This document shows positions 37,106 through 45,957 of a DNA stretch of 64,000 nt, piece by piece (position 1 is the stretch's first letter; each line of letters starts with the position of its first letter). The stretch is from IMG/VR virus record IMGVR_UViG_3300021475_000005. The stretch is one strand, 5' to 3'. Below the pieces are notes generated by a model. That model did no database searches and was not told the DNA's origin. It saw nothing but the letters and a program-made list of their open reading frames with translations. The translations under genes and the position numbers were made by a program. The DNA comes from a virus (lineage: Duplodnaviria; Heunggongvirae; Uroviricota; Caudoviricetes).

Positions 37106-38168
37106 GCTTTACGCAGCGCACGATCCCGGCACCACGAATACTGAGATGACTTCTACCGATGCCTCGGTTCAGGCGTGGAACGAAAGCTATAGGCTGACCT
37201 CCTATACCAATATGTGGCATGCCACGAAGGACAACAGCTATCTCGATAAGGCTGTCTATAATATCGATGCGATCTTTGCAGCGGCTGCAAAGAATACCGA
37301 CACTCTTCTCCCCGGATGGGGATGGACAAGCGCCAATTACAGCACCAATAAGGTGCCATATTCATACATCGTCAGCGATGGTATGATCCTGACGGCGATT
37401 GCCGAGTATGTCCGCTGTGTCCTGACGAACCAGCCGTTACTGCAATCCTATAAAGCGAAAGCCGACTACTATCTTGGTATCCTGATCAGCAAATTCGCCA
37501 GTCGCTGGGATTTTTGCTATCAGACCGAACGTGCGGCACTGCTCGATTTCACCGATGATATCGGCTTTTTCGTGATGGCGAAGTGGTGTACTGGATATGC
37601 AGGTCTGCCGCCCGGCATCTCGCTGCCATTCAATCAATCGAATGCTTTTGCGCGATTCCTGCTGAAGCTTTACGCCGTCACGGGAAACAACGATTATCTG
37701 ACGAAAGCAGTTCAGATCGCCAATACGATGAAATTTAAAGCCCTCAAGCCGACAGCCGGTGGCGTCTTGTGGAACTTCGCAGCCGATCTGCTTTCGACGG
37801 ATGGTACACGTTATATGCCGGTCAGCGACGTTTCGCATTCCAATGTCGATGCATCCTTCATTCTCGAAATGTACGAACATGGAAACGTGTTCACGCAAAC
37901 GACAATCGACGAGATCAAATATCAGCTTTTAAACGTGATTTGGGACAAGACGAAGAATGTCTCGCACGTCTTCATGGATGGAACTGATCAGGATTCGACG
38001 ATTGAAATCGATAACTTGACTGGGTACGCTTTGTTCGGCGCTGATCCGGCAGTCGCAGCGGCTATCTGGTCGATGATGAGTAATCCCGCATCGAAATGCA
38101 ATGGACCTATGATGGCGCTCACAATTGCCAATCTGGCGATGTCGAGCAAAACGGCTGGTCCGACATGA
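37059..38168 (+). CDS. hypothetical protein (the likely start is the internal Met at about 37083)
   Basis: 369-aa ORF rich in aromatic residues and Asn. I recognise no confident motif. Confidence 0.45.
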   Translation: MQPDRRSKMTQQTWVELYAAHDPGTTNTEMTSTDASVQAWNESYRLTSYTNMWHATKDNSYLDKAVYNIDAIFAAAAKNTDTLLPGWGWTSANYSTNKVPYSYIVSDGMILTAIAEYVRCVLTNQPLLQSYKAKADYYLGILISKFASRWDFCYQTERAALLDFTDDIGFFVMAKWCTGYAGLPPGISLPFNQSNAFARFLLKLYAVTGNNDYLTKAVQIANTMKFKALKPTAGGVLWNFAADLLSTDGTRYMPVSDVSHSNVDASFILEMYEHGNVFTQTTIDEIKYQLLNVIWDKTKNVSHVFMDGTDQDSTIEIDNLTGYALFGADPAVAAAIWSMMSNPASKCNGPMMALTIANLAMSSKTAGPT

Positions 38169-38347
38169 CGGCTAAGCAACGTATTTGGCATATCATCGGA
38201 TTTATCTTCGGTGTGTTAATCAAAGTAGATGGAAAAACGGTTGGACGCTATAAGCGTGAGCCGGATTATGTCTACGGTTCAGATGGCACCACTGTCCAAG
38301 GTATTCGGTCGGCAACCCTTGAACCATTCTGGGAACGTCGATCTTGA
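38165..38347 (+). CDS. hypothetical small protein
   Basis: ATGA overlap with the upstream stop. 60 aa with an N-terminal hydrophobic segment. Confidence 0.3.
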   Translation: MTAKQRIWHIIGFIFGVLIKVDGKTVGRYKREPDYVYGSDGTTVQGIRSATLEPFWERRS

Positions 38348-38576
38348 CATCGGCATAACGAGTCCATATATACGACATAATATCGATTCGCTCCGCTGGC
38401 TGACTGGTAAAGCAGCGATCTCTAAAATCGCCTATGTCGGTTCAAACCCGACGCGGGGCACCAATGAAAGTTGTACAATGTTTCCGGAACACGACGATTA
38501 GCTAGTCCACGTACGAGGACCGCCTGTCCTGTTGTCAAAACATTCGTAATGACAACAATCTAATAGGACAGAAAAT

Positions 38577-38990
38577 ATGACACCTTTCAAATCACACCAA
38601 CTCAAGATCAAAACCGTTTCGCTCGGCCTCGAAGGCGCACTCATTCATCGCGAAGAGTGCAAGATCAAGGATCAGATCGAACGTGCAAAGCTTTCTGAGA
38701 ACCCTCAGAAAGATGCATGGCTTGTGCGCCTGCGGGCAACCCGCGACAGCCTCCGCGAACACCGGAAGGCCGTCGTGCGTCCCTATACGCGTAATGCCAT
38801 CCTCGCCTACGGATTTCTCCGGGGACGTACTTATACCCAGATGGAACCTAAGCGCTATACCAATCCGGACTGGGCTCAGATCGAGCGCATGATCCTAAAA
38901 CATGGTCGATATGCTGGGCTTCCAACCGATCTTCTCCAGACTTTCGAACGTTGGAAGCAGGAAGCTGGCGAGGTTTCCAAGCGTTCCTAA
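38577..38990 (+). CDS. hypothetical protein
   Basis: 137-aa ORF. Confidence 0.4.
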   Translation: MTPFKSHQLKIKTVSLGLEGALIHREECKIKDQIERAKLSENPQKDAWLVRLRATRDSLREHRKAVVRPYTRNAILAYGFLRGRTYTQMEPKRYTNPDWAQIERMILKHGRYAGLPTDLLQTFERWKQEAGEVSKRS

Positions 38991-39478
38991 TGCGAACTAA
39001 GAAAACCACGCTCGAACTGTTTCACGAAAAATATATTGTCGATCCCGTAACAGGATGCTGGCAATGGCAGGCCGGAACATGCGGGCGTGGTTATTCAAAA
39101 ATAGGGTATACGCGTCCAGATGGCACGCGTAGGACAGTTGGTGCTTATAAATGGATCATGGAGCAAATTCATGGACCAATTGCTCCCGGCTATGAACCCG
39201 ATCATTTATGTCGAAACAAATTATGTGTAAATCCAGATCATATGGAGATTGTAACACGCGCCGAAAATAATAGAAGACGTGTTGCGGCTTATCGGGAGAA
39301 TGGCAAGGAAATGCATTGGAAACTGCGTGCGAGTGGGAAATGCCGAGAAGGGCATGAAATGACGCCAGAAAATACTATTGATAAGAAAGACGGTACAAGA
39401 ACATGCCGGACATGCCGCCAAAAATTCCAGAGAAAATGGCTGGCTGCCAAAAAATCAAAGCTTGACAGGGCTGCCTAG
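38990..39478 (+). CDS. HNH homing endonuclease
   Basis: Contains DHLCRNKLCVNPDHMEIVTRAENN, followed by a Cys/His cluster. Confidence 0.7.
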   Translation: MRTKKTTLELFHEKYIVDPVTGCWQWQAGTCGRGYSKIGYTRPDGTRRTVGAYKWIMEQIHGPIAPGYEPDHLCRNKLCVNPDHMEIVTRAENNRRRVAAYRENGKEMHWKLRASGKCREGHEMTPENTIDKKDGTRTCRTCRQKFQRKWLAAKKSKLDRAA

Positions 39479-39490
39479 TGTCGGTATAAG
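39462..39490 (+). promoter_or_regulatory. strong sigma70-like promoter feeding the RNA locus
   Basis: TTGACA (39462-39467), a 17-nt spacer, then TATAAG (39485-39490). It overlaps the stop codon of the HNH gene. Confidence 0.45.
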
Positions 39491-39496
39491 CGACAG

Positions 39497-39562
39497 ATGA
39501 TTGCTGTAAAAAGCGGTCGGTAAGTCGTGGCAAGACCCCGGTTCGAATCCGGGCATCTCCAC
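39497..39562 (+). ncRNA. tRNA 3'-half-like element (T-arm plus acceptor 3' strand plus ACCA) without a matching 5' acceptor strand. A tRNA remnant or tRNA-like RNA.
   Basis: cccgg-TTCGAAT-ccggg forms a perfect T-arm. It is followed by catctcc-a-cca. The complementary ggagatg is not present upstream. Confidence 0.35.
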
Positions 39563-40557
39563 CAAAAGCGCCTCGCCGCCTTTAATGGGCCGAAAGCCAC
39601 GGGTAGCAGTGTCAGGGGTGCTTCTGAGGGGGATGATTTGGGACTCGATTGTCAGGCGAAGCGATTGACGCAGCACGGACTTATCTCCGGGTAGCTTCCA
39701 CTACCGCTCGATTAAACGACAGAAATGTCAACGACAACGAGCCGATGGCTCTTCGTCTCGCGGCCTAATTAGCTGCGGAGGCCTTTCGGGTGGTGCAGGC
39801 GGCAACAGGAAGCACCACCCAACTTGATATTTTCGCCTGACCTCGACTGAGGTGTTGCAACACTGCTAAGTCGGAGCTAATGGCGGAATGTGGGGAAGCT
39901 GAGAGGTCGTGCAAATCGATCCATCCTCGATATCCGGGGACGCGTAGTGCAAGGTGGACCGAAGCGGTTATCGAAAGCCGCCCTGACAGTTGAGATCAGG
40001 CGAAAGTATCAAATTCAGCGCTTGCGCTGATCCTGTGACGGTGACCTTTTAAAACCCCGTTGGGGTATTATCTCGCAAGCGAGATCGAGAGGATCGAAAG
40101 TTACGAGCGAAGTCCATCGCTCTAGCACGGGAAAACGGACAACGAATTGTGTCGAAAGACACATAGCCACGATAAGATATGGGCAGGAAGGCCGTAACTC
40201 CTGTGTGGCGCAAACGGTAGCGAATTTGGGCACTCTGCGAGCCCTAAGCTAGATGGAAACGTCCGCCGTTTAATTGACGGCTGAGCTTAGAAGGTACGGA
40301 GTGACCCAAAAGTCATCGCCGGATAGTGCTTGTCTCTATCTTGGGTTGGTGCAGGAAGGCCGTTCCTGTATGACGCAAACGGTCGCGTTTTTGAAGCGAG
40401 GTGACTGGAGGTAGTACCAGTCTGGTTTCATAAGCCAGCAAATTAGGTCGGTGCAAGTCCGATCCTCGCAACCAAATTTGTAACACAGTTTGGAGGTCTC
40501 ATTAAGGTGAGATCGAGCTATTCGGAAGGATAGCTTCCGTGTTACAAACCTTATATC
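39563..40557 (+). ncRNA. candidate large structured noncoding RNA(s): an ORF-poor, hairpin- and GNRA-tetraloop-rich region
   Basis: Roughly 1 kb with no convincing ORF. Hairpin features: many short perfect hairpins (for example gtc-GAAA-gac, cctc-gact-gagg, ggtggtgc/gcaccacc) and a 12-nt perfect palindrome gtgttgcaacac. Repeat: a related internal copy gcaggaaggccgt..cgcaaacggt at about 40172 and 40352. The region is flanked by tRNA elements. Confidence 0.4.
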
Positions 40558-40594
40558 GTCCCGTAGCTTAGTTGGTCCTCTGCTCATAACCAGT
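40558..40594 (+). pseudogene. partial duplicate of the downstream tRNA-Met (5' acceptor/D region plus anticodon loop, with a 7-nt deletion)
   Basis: gtcccgtagcttagttggtcc + tctgctcataac is identical to the corresponding parts of the tRNA at 40675 but lacks aaagcca. It does not fold into a cloverleaf. Confidence 0.5.
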
Positions 40595-40595
40595 T

Positions 40596-40664
40596 TGTAA
40601 GGCCATATTTAGGGTCTCATCATGGTGAGATTGAATCATTCGTGAGGATGATTTTCGGCCTTAC
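40596..40664 (+). ncRNA. three-way-junction RNA-like structured element
   Basis: An 8-bp closing stem (gtaaggcc/ggccttac) encloses two hairpins (tctca..tgaga and atcat..atgat). Confidence 0.3.
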
Positions 40665-40674
40665 AATTTAATAT

Positions 40675-40752
40675 AGTCCCGTAGCTTAGTTGGTCCAAAG
40701 CCATCTGCTCATAACGGATTGATCGTGCGTTCGAATCGCACCGGGACAACCA
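40675..40752 (+). tRNA. tRNA-Met (anticodon CAU; could alternatively be lysidine-modified tRNA-Ile2)
   Basis: Manual cloverleaf: acceptor agtcccg/cgggaca, D-stem gctt/aagc, anticodon stem atctg/cggat with loop CTCATAA, variable loop tgatc, T-arm gtgcg-TTCGAAT-cgcac, discriminator A and an encoded CCA. Confidence 0.7.
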
Positions 40753-40776
40753 TTTACAACCTGTCCAGAATGAAGT

Positions 40777-40811
40777 AGACCCGTGTCCGTAACTCCGACA
40801 CGGGTCTTTTC
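40777..40811 (+). terminator. rho-independent terminator-like hairpin after the RNA locus
   Basis: agacccgtgtc..gacacgggtct forms a stem followed by TTTT. The downstream gene starts 3 nt later without a Shine-Dalgarno sequence. Confidence 0.55.
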
Positions 40812-40813
40812 AC

Positions 40814-41272
40814 ATGGGCATGTCAGCAAGCGGCATCATCGCATTCGGAATTCCTCTCGACGAGGATGATGCTCTCTTTCCGGAAATCGAAGAAGGCGAC
40901 GATCCTGAATACGCTTCAGGATTCAGCGAAGAGAATTTTGAAAAATGGATCGCCGAACAAGCCGGGATCATTGCGCCGCAAGAAGAATGGGTGCAAGGGA
41001 GCAAGAACACGGCATGGTCTTATTATTGGGACAGGCAACGTAAAGCTGTCGCCGAATTTCCTATCGAGGTCGTCGCACACTGTTCGTGCGATTATCCGCT
41101 TTATATCATAGCGCTACGTGGGACCGTCATGAAGGCATGGGATGGGGAGCCCAGAGATATCATGCTGCCCTCGATCCCGGCTGAGAAAGTACAGATGCTC
41201 ATTGATTTCTGCGCAGAGCATGGAATCAAGGGCGCAGCGCCACGCTGGCTACTGACGAGTAACTGGGGCTGA
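40814..41272 (+). CDS. hypothetical protein
   Basis: 152-aa ORF with an acidic N-terminus. Confidence 0.45.
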   Translation: MGMSASGIIAFGIPLDEDDALFPEIEEGDDPEYASGFSEENFEKWIAEQAGIIAPQEEWVQGSKNTAWSYYWDRQRKAVAEFPIEVVAHCSCDYPLYIIALRGTVMKAWDGEPRDIMLPSIPAEKVQMLIDFCAEHGIKGAAPRWLLTSNWG

Positions 41273-41365
41273 TTAGGTCGCGAAGGCGCTACGGGTCACC
41301 GCTGCGGCTGCACGGGTGCCTGTGATCGCGGTTGCGGCGATCATAAGGACAACGACTGCAAACAT
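41273..41365 (-). CDS. small hydrophobic peptide (30 aa). Below the ORF-track cutoff.
   Basis: MFAVVVLMIAATAITGTRAAAAVTRSAFAT, with an AAGGA ribosome-binding site upstream. It sits downstream of the SNF2 gene on the same strand. Confidence 0.3.
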   Translation of the reverse strand: MFAVVVLMIAATAITGTRAAAAVTRSAFAT

Positions 41366-41464
41366 GGGAGAATCCTTTTTGGTTATGTTGCAATGCAACA
41401 TACCATAATGAGTCCTGAATGCAAGGATTACTATTCACAAATCTGGACAGGTCTGCTATGCAAA

Positions 41465-43336
41465 TTAGCTGTCCAGAATGCGGTCGATGTTCTCTTCCTT
41501 CATCTGAGATGACTGTGCGATACGGCAATCCAATGATCCGTCTGCGACTAGGAAGTAGCCCATAAGCGCGGCAGCAAGCTGACCAATCCTACAAATACGG
41601 TCAAATGCTTGAATCAATTTGCTTGGAACCCAATCGCCTTCCACGAATGCCACGTCTTTTGCACGTGTGAGCGTATATCCCACACCACCTGCATCAATAT
41701 TCAGAATAATAACGCGGCAGGATTCATCATCCTGAAATTTATCGACTTCGGCTTGACGTTTGTGTGGTGGCGTACCACCCCAAATTACGGCTGGATTGTA
41801 TTTCCTAAGTTCTTCGGCGAGTCCTTTAACAACATCTGTGTGATATGCGAAGACGACAAGCTTATCGCCGCCATCAAGAAAATCCTTAATCCATGGAACG
41901 GTCGCTGACATTTTGGCGAGCCCGAGATCGCGGCGCACCGTTGCGATCTGCTCGAAGATAATCTGGATTTCTGGAACTTGGAGACCTGTAATCGCAGCAA
42001 TATAATCCACATCGAGCTTACTGAAATTGGGTTTATCAGGATCACCGAGCGCAGCATCCAGTCCCATGAGGCGTGCGCGTTCTACAACCATCGTTCCGAT
42101 AGCCGCATCCCGTTCGTGTTCTTCTTCAATCCCCTTAAGGATCGTATTTTCGTAAAGACCGAGAGCTTGAGTTAGCTCGTCTTCCTTCATGACGAGAGCA
42201 CGAATATCCGGAGAATCGATGATGATGACGCGGCGCTGCTTTTCGGGAAGATCGGATTGCACCTCGGAGCGCAATCGGCGAATCATGAAAGCTTCACGTA
42301 GTTTTTGTCCGAGTTCTTCCTGATAGGATGCACCCAAGACATTCAGCGCGCCTTTCGGACCTCGACTAGAATCGAAGAATGCATCACAATAGCGATAAAC
42401 AAATCTGAGATAGTCTTTACCAAGTCCTTCGGGATCAAACGCTTGGACCATGGGCCAAAGTTCGATAGGCCGGTTCATGATCGGGGTGCCGGTGAGGAAG
42501 AGACGACGCAGTGCGGCAATAGGTTCGTAGCGAACGCGTTTCTTGAACGTGCGCCCATTGATCTCCGACTCTTCAAGGCGAGTACCGCCGAGTACGTGGA
42601 GCGTACGACTGGAGTCTATGGTTTTTAGAGCATGCGCTTCGTCACAAATAAGCAAGTCCCACGTATGACCTTTGATTTTATCTGCGAAGCGTTCAAGAAT
42701 ATGATAATTAATAACAACGACATCGGTATTAGGCCAGAAATCAGGCTCTTCAATCCACTTATACTTATTCTTTCCGTTTTTGTACGTCCCGACTCTAATA
42801 AGTTCTTTTCGTTTTGCCTCAGCAATTCCGACACTGACGTTACGTGTCTTCCAAAGATCAAATTCACGTTTCCAGTGAATCTTCAATCCTGCCGGAGAGA
42901 CGATCAAAACTTGCCTGATCTTCTCATCGGCATTGAACAACAAAATGCCTTGTAGTGTCTTGCCTAAACCGGGCTGATCGGCGATCAGCGCATCTGTCCG
43001 TGGCAGGCAATATTCGACGCCCGCATCCTGATAACGAAACGGTTCTAGCTGTTTACCGGTGACGGGGTGGATTTTATTCGGAACCGGACTTCTAAAGTCC
43101 GTAGTATCCGCATACGACATTTTCGCGGAGAGTTCGGCTTGTGCAGCTTTCTCTTCAACGTGTCGTAATGCACGATCAGTCCATGGGACTTTGACTTGCT
43201 CGGCTAGTACCTGATCGGTGGTGATCCAGCATTTACGGACGGCAGATCGCGTGAATCCAGCTTTCTTCCAGATTTCACGTTCTTCGTAAGTGCCGATGCC
43301 GCAGAAATAGCCGTCTTTATAATCGAGATGAGCCAT
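41465..43336 (-). CDS. SNF2-family DNA helicase/translocase
   Basis: DEAH box (LLICDEAHALK), DQPGLGKT, and a helicase-C region (FLTGTPIMNRPIELW ... DAGGVGYTLTRA). Confidence 0.75.
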   Translation of the reverse strand: MAHLDYKDGYFCGIGTYEEREIWKKAGFTRSAVRKCWITTDQVLAEQVKVPWTDRALRHVEEKAAQAELSAKMSYADTTDFRSPVPNKIHPVTGKQLEPFRYQDAGVEYCLPRTDALIADQPGLGKTLQGILLFNADEKIRQVLIVSPAGLKIHWKREFDLWKTRNVSVGIAEAKRKELIRVGTYKNGKNKYKWIEEPDFWPNTDVVVINYHILERFADKIKGHTWDLLICDEAHALKTIDSSRTLHVLGGTRLEESEINGRTFKKRVRYEPIAALRRLFLTGTPIMNRPIELWPMVQAFDPEGLGKDYLRFVYRYCDAFFDSSRGPKGALNVLGASYQEELGQKLREAFMIRRLRSEVQSDLPEKQRRVIIIDSPDIRALVMKEDELTQALGLYENTILKGIEEEHERDAAIGTMVVERARLMGLDAALGDPDKPNFSKLDVDYIAAITGLQVPEIQIIFEQIATVRRDLGLAKMSATVPWIKDFLDGGDKLVVFAYHTDVVKGLAEELRKYNPAVIWGGTPPHKRQAEVDKFQDDESCRVIILNIDAGGVGYTLTRAKDVAFVEGDWVPSKLIQAFDRICRIGQLAAALMGYFLVADGSLDCRIAQSSQMKEENIDRILDS

Positions 43337-43403
43337 GCGAATCCGAATCCAAATGGACTCGGAGTGTCGGAGATCAGGACTCGTCTGTCAAAGATTCAAT
43401 GGA

Positions 43404-43922
43404 CTAAAGGCTCATAGCCAAGGGATTGTCCATGTGACTTTTCCCCTTTTCTAATTTCTGCGCAAACAGTCGCAAGGCTGTGAGCCGGGATGTAAATTCC
43501 TCCTCTGTCAAAACAGTATGTTCTGGATCGTTCGAACCGATAGAGTGGCGCAAGATGCTGTCTCTACTATCCACCAACGCTTTCCTAAAACGCGTAACCT
43601 GATGGAAAAGTGCAGTGTAAGCTCGGTTGAGAAGAAGCTGATACTCTTGCGATTCGCGGGGCATTTCTACCCCATTCCACCAGACGACTTGCAGCCCCTT
43701 CCAGACAAGGTTCATTTGCCTACCGCGCTTTTTGGCAATTATCCCTTCGAGCCCGCAGACTTTTTTCTGGACCTCTGGATCGGAAAATTTGAAAGCTTGG
43801 ATCAATCCTTCCATGCTCGCGCAGAAGACATTATCGAACACAAAATAATGTGGAGCGAAGTTTGATAGCTCGCAACTTGGATAGGGATGATCGGAATGGA
43901 TATCGAGAATTCTAGGCATCAA
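43404..43922 (-). CDS. NADAR (YbiA-like) domain protein, copy 2
   Basis: YPSCELSNFAPHYFVFDNVFCASMEGLIQAFKF matches the NADAR N-terminal signature and is distinct from copy 1. Confidence 0.6.
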   Translation of the reverse strand: MMPRILDIHSDHPYPSCELSNFAPHYFVFDNVFCASMEGLIQAFKFSDPEVQKKVCGLEGIIAKKRGRQMNLVWKGLQVVWWNGVEMPRESQEYQLLLNRAYTALFHQVTRFRKALVDSRDSILRHSIGSNDPEHTVLTEEEFTSRLTALRLFAQKLEKGKSHMDNPLAMSL

Positions 43923-44128
43923 AATTTTTCAACACTGTAAAGTTCGCCGGGAAGTTTCCTCGCCATCTGTTTGACAAATGCGTGGCCCCACCATTCAGGG
44001 CAAAGCGGGACGACGATCTGACCAGAAGAATGAACGACCATGTAGCCGCCCTGATCGAAATCATATTCAATCTGCTTCTCGATTTCGTCATGCAAAAGTC
44101 TTGCGGTTTGAAGGCTCATCCGCGCCAT
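43919..44128 (-). CDS. hypothetical protein (start uncertain)
   Basis: Only the C-terminal about 70-85 aa of the 154-aa ORF look protein-like. The upstream part overlaps a better membrane-protein ORF. Confidence 0.3.
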   Translation of the reverse strand: MARMSLQTARLLHDEIEKQIEYDFDQGGYMVVHSSGQIVVPLCPEWWGHAFVKQMARKLPGELYSVEKF

Positions 44129-44358
44129 CTCCAGATGCCGATCAAGTTCAGAGCCGTGAAAAAGACCCATTGGGCTAGGACGGCTTTGTCCTTGGTCTTT
44201 ACCCCAACTCCGGCCCATAACAGCGATCCGGCAAGCATGACTCCGAATCCCCACGGCGTCAAATCGCCTATACCGGGAACGGTAAGGTGGAAAGCAACCA
44301 TCGCGGCTCCCGCCATGCTGAACGTAGCACCGGGACGCTTCAGGTAGCGCAGGCGCAT
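44116..44358 (-). CDS. small membrane protein
   Basis: 80 aa with two transmembrane segments (AGAAMVAFHLTVPGI; VLAQWVFFTALNLIGIW). Confidence 0.4.
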   Translation of the reverse strand: MRLRYLKRPGATFSMAGAAMVAFHLTVPGIGDLTPWGFGVMLAGSLLWAGVGVKTKDKAVLAQWVFFTALNLIGIWRWRG

Positions 44359-45326
44359 TAAAGCTCCGTTGAATCCTCGTCACGCTGAGAGAAGTAGACC
44401 CTCAATTCATCTCGCAACTGGGGCTTGTTCCCAGTAAGCTTTAGAAGCCCTTGGGCGTCATAGCAGACATCCCGGTCGGGATCGTACTCGTTCTCGGAAA
44501 GAATATGCCAGCGGCTGCTATAGCGTCTCTTGGCGTAATTTCCGTGCCAGAAATGAACCGCGACTCCGGGAACCAAGCCGACATCCCCACAGATATGTCG
44601 AGAAGCGCGTTCGCGCCATGCGGATACCATGGCGGCGTAGCGACATCCACCCCGCTCAGCGGTCGGGTCCGGCAGTCCAAGCAGTCCATAAGCCATATGG
44701 TGATCACCGGAGCCAAGAATACAGAGATCGAGCAAGCCTCCCAGATCGTCATAGGCCTCGCGCCGGTAAGCCCATGCCAAGCCGGGATAGCCATGCTTCT
44801 TTAGCCAATCCAGATTCGAGTCGTCATAGATGCTGCCATTCGGGCCGGGCTGCGTATCCCAGAGATGATCTTGATAACGTTTCATGAGCGACGGCGCGAC
44901 GCCGAGATGCTCGTGCTTCGGCCCTAGAGAAATCATCTCAGATGAGATTTGGACGACCTTGTAAAGCTGTAGAGCATGCAGGGTCTCCATAACCCAGTCG
45001 GGATGGGTCATATGCGAATCGCCGTCGATCCACGCCGCATAATTCCAGTCACCGGCATGCAGGAGGCCAAGACGAATTAGATTCTCTTTCTGCCAGAGGA
45101 CCGTTTTGGAGCGAACTTGTACCAGCTTGATGCCGGGTTGGTCCGCGATCTCGAATGGACGCTCGCCATAGGCACATTCGACAATCACGACGCGGGCACG
45201 ACTTGCGATCAGATGATTGATGAGATTTCGAAAGTGGGCGACGCGTGTATTCCAACGAAGGGGATTATTCAATACAGCTACTACAGTCAACATTTCCGGA
45301 CGCATCACATTCCCTTTGGTCAGCAC
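44358..45326 (-). CDS. putative glycosyltransferase (GT-A-like, DxD motif)
   Basis: A beta-strand start (MLTVVAVLNNP) and a DGD motif (AWIDGDSHM). Confidence 0.35.
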   Translation of the reverse strand: MLTKGNVMRPEMLTVVAVLNNPLRWNTRVAHFRNLINHLIASRARVVIVECAYGERPFEIADQPGIKLVQVRSKTVLWQKENLIRLGLLHAGDWNYAAWIDGDSHMTHPDWVMETLHALQLYKVVQISSEMISLGPKHEHLGVAPSLMKRYQDHLWDTQPGPNGSIYDDSNLDWLKKHGYPGLAWAYRREAYDDLGGLLDLCILGSGDHHMAYGLLGLPDPTAERGGCRYAAMVSAWRERASRHICGDVGLVPGVAVHFWHGNYAKRRYSSRWHILSENEYDPDRDVCYDAQGLLKLTGNKPQLRDELRVYFSQRDEDSTEL

Positions 45327-45423
45327 GAATCAACTCGCATATCCTTTCTAATACAATGCGTTGGGAAGTAAAGTTACATGTTTGTGAATTCGACAGTATC
45401 TGTCGGAAAACTTGACAGGCTGA

Positions 45424-45672
45424 TCAGAAGGAAGCTTCCGGTTCTGGATATTCGCCATCGGGATCGACGACCGGCTCTTCTTCGGACTCCATGTGAGCCA
45501 TGACGGCTGCTTCCGGCGAGCGCATGATGTAATCGGGGTTCGCCTGTGCAGTCTTTTCTCTCTTGAGGAGGGATTCGGCGACAGCAATGGCTAGTCCGCT
45601 ATGAACGCCATAGTTATTGCGAAGAGCAGTATGCGCGGCAACAATCCATGCGGCATCGTGCTGAGTCGTCAT
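45424..45672 (-). CDS. hypothetical protein
   Basis: 82-aa ORF with an acidic C-terminus. Confidence 0.35.
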   Translation of the reverse strand: MTTQHDAAWIVAAHTALRNNYGVHSGLAIAVAESLLKREKTAQANPDYIMRSPEAAVMAHMESEEEPVVDPDGEYPEPEASF

Positions 45673-45681
45673 CTGATTTTC

Positions 45682-45957
45682 CTAAACAAGTTTGATGAAT
45701 TTCAGAGGCCAATACGTACGCGTATCGCCATGGCTATTGAGGAATTCCGTACTGCGGTGCTTATAAATCATCAGACAAGCAACAAGGCCGTCTTTGGGAT
45801 TGCATATGACGCCCGTTATACGACCTCTACGCCCTTTAAATTTGCCTTTCAGCGCAATAGCTTCCCGGTGCACAAGCATAGTCGCGGCATTGCGCGTACA
45901 ATCGATAATTTCACGAGACAGCAATTCCAGCTTCTTTTCGAAGGTGAAGTGCGCCAT
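45682..45957 (-). CDS. hypothetical protein
   Basis: 91-aa ORF. Confidence 0.35.
   Translation of the reverse strand: MAHFTFEKKLELLSREIIDCTRNAATMLVHREAIALKGKFKGRRGRITGVICNPKDGLVACLMIYKHRSTEFLNSHGDTRTYWPLKFIKLV

Noticed and set aside
39497-39562. Calling this a functional tRNA gene
   Set aside because: Only the T-arm, the acceptor 3' strand and CCA are present. No 5' acceptor complement, D-arm or anticodon stem can be formed from the upstream sequence. It is kept only as a tRNA-like fragment.
40015-40587. Two short minus-strand ORFs (72 and 83 aa) inside the RNA locus
   Set aside because: There is no ribosome-binding site, the composition is odd, and both overlap hairpin-dense sequence and the tRNA duplicate. 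It is more parsimonious that the region is noncoding RNA.
40596-40664. Hammerhead ribozyme
   Set aside because: There is a three-stem architecture and a GAAA next to a CUGAUGA-like string (CATGATGAGA) on the minus strand. The order and spacing of the conserved core elements do not match the hammerhead consensus.
40777-40811. Treating the hairpin solely as a transcription attenuator for the downstream gene
   Set aside because: This is possible, but the U-tract and position directly after the tRNA favour a terminator for the RNA locus. The downstream gene may be expressed by read-through or from its own unrecognised promoter.
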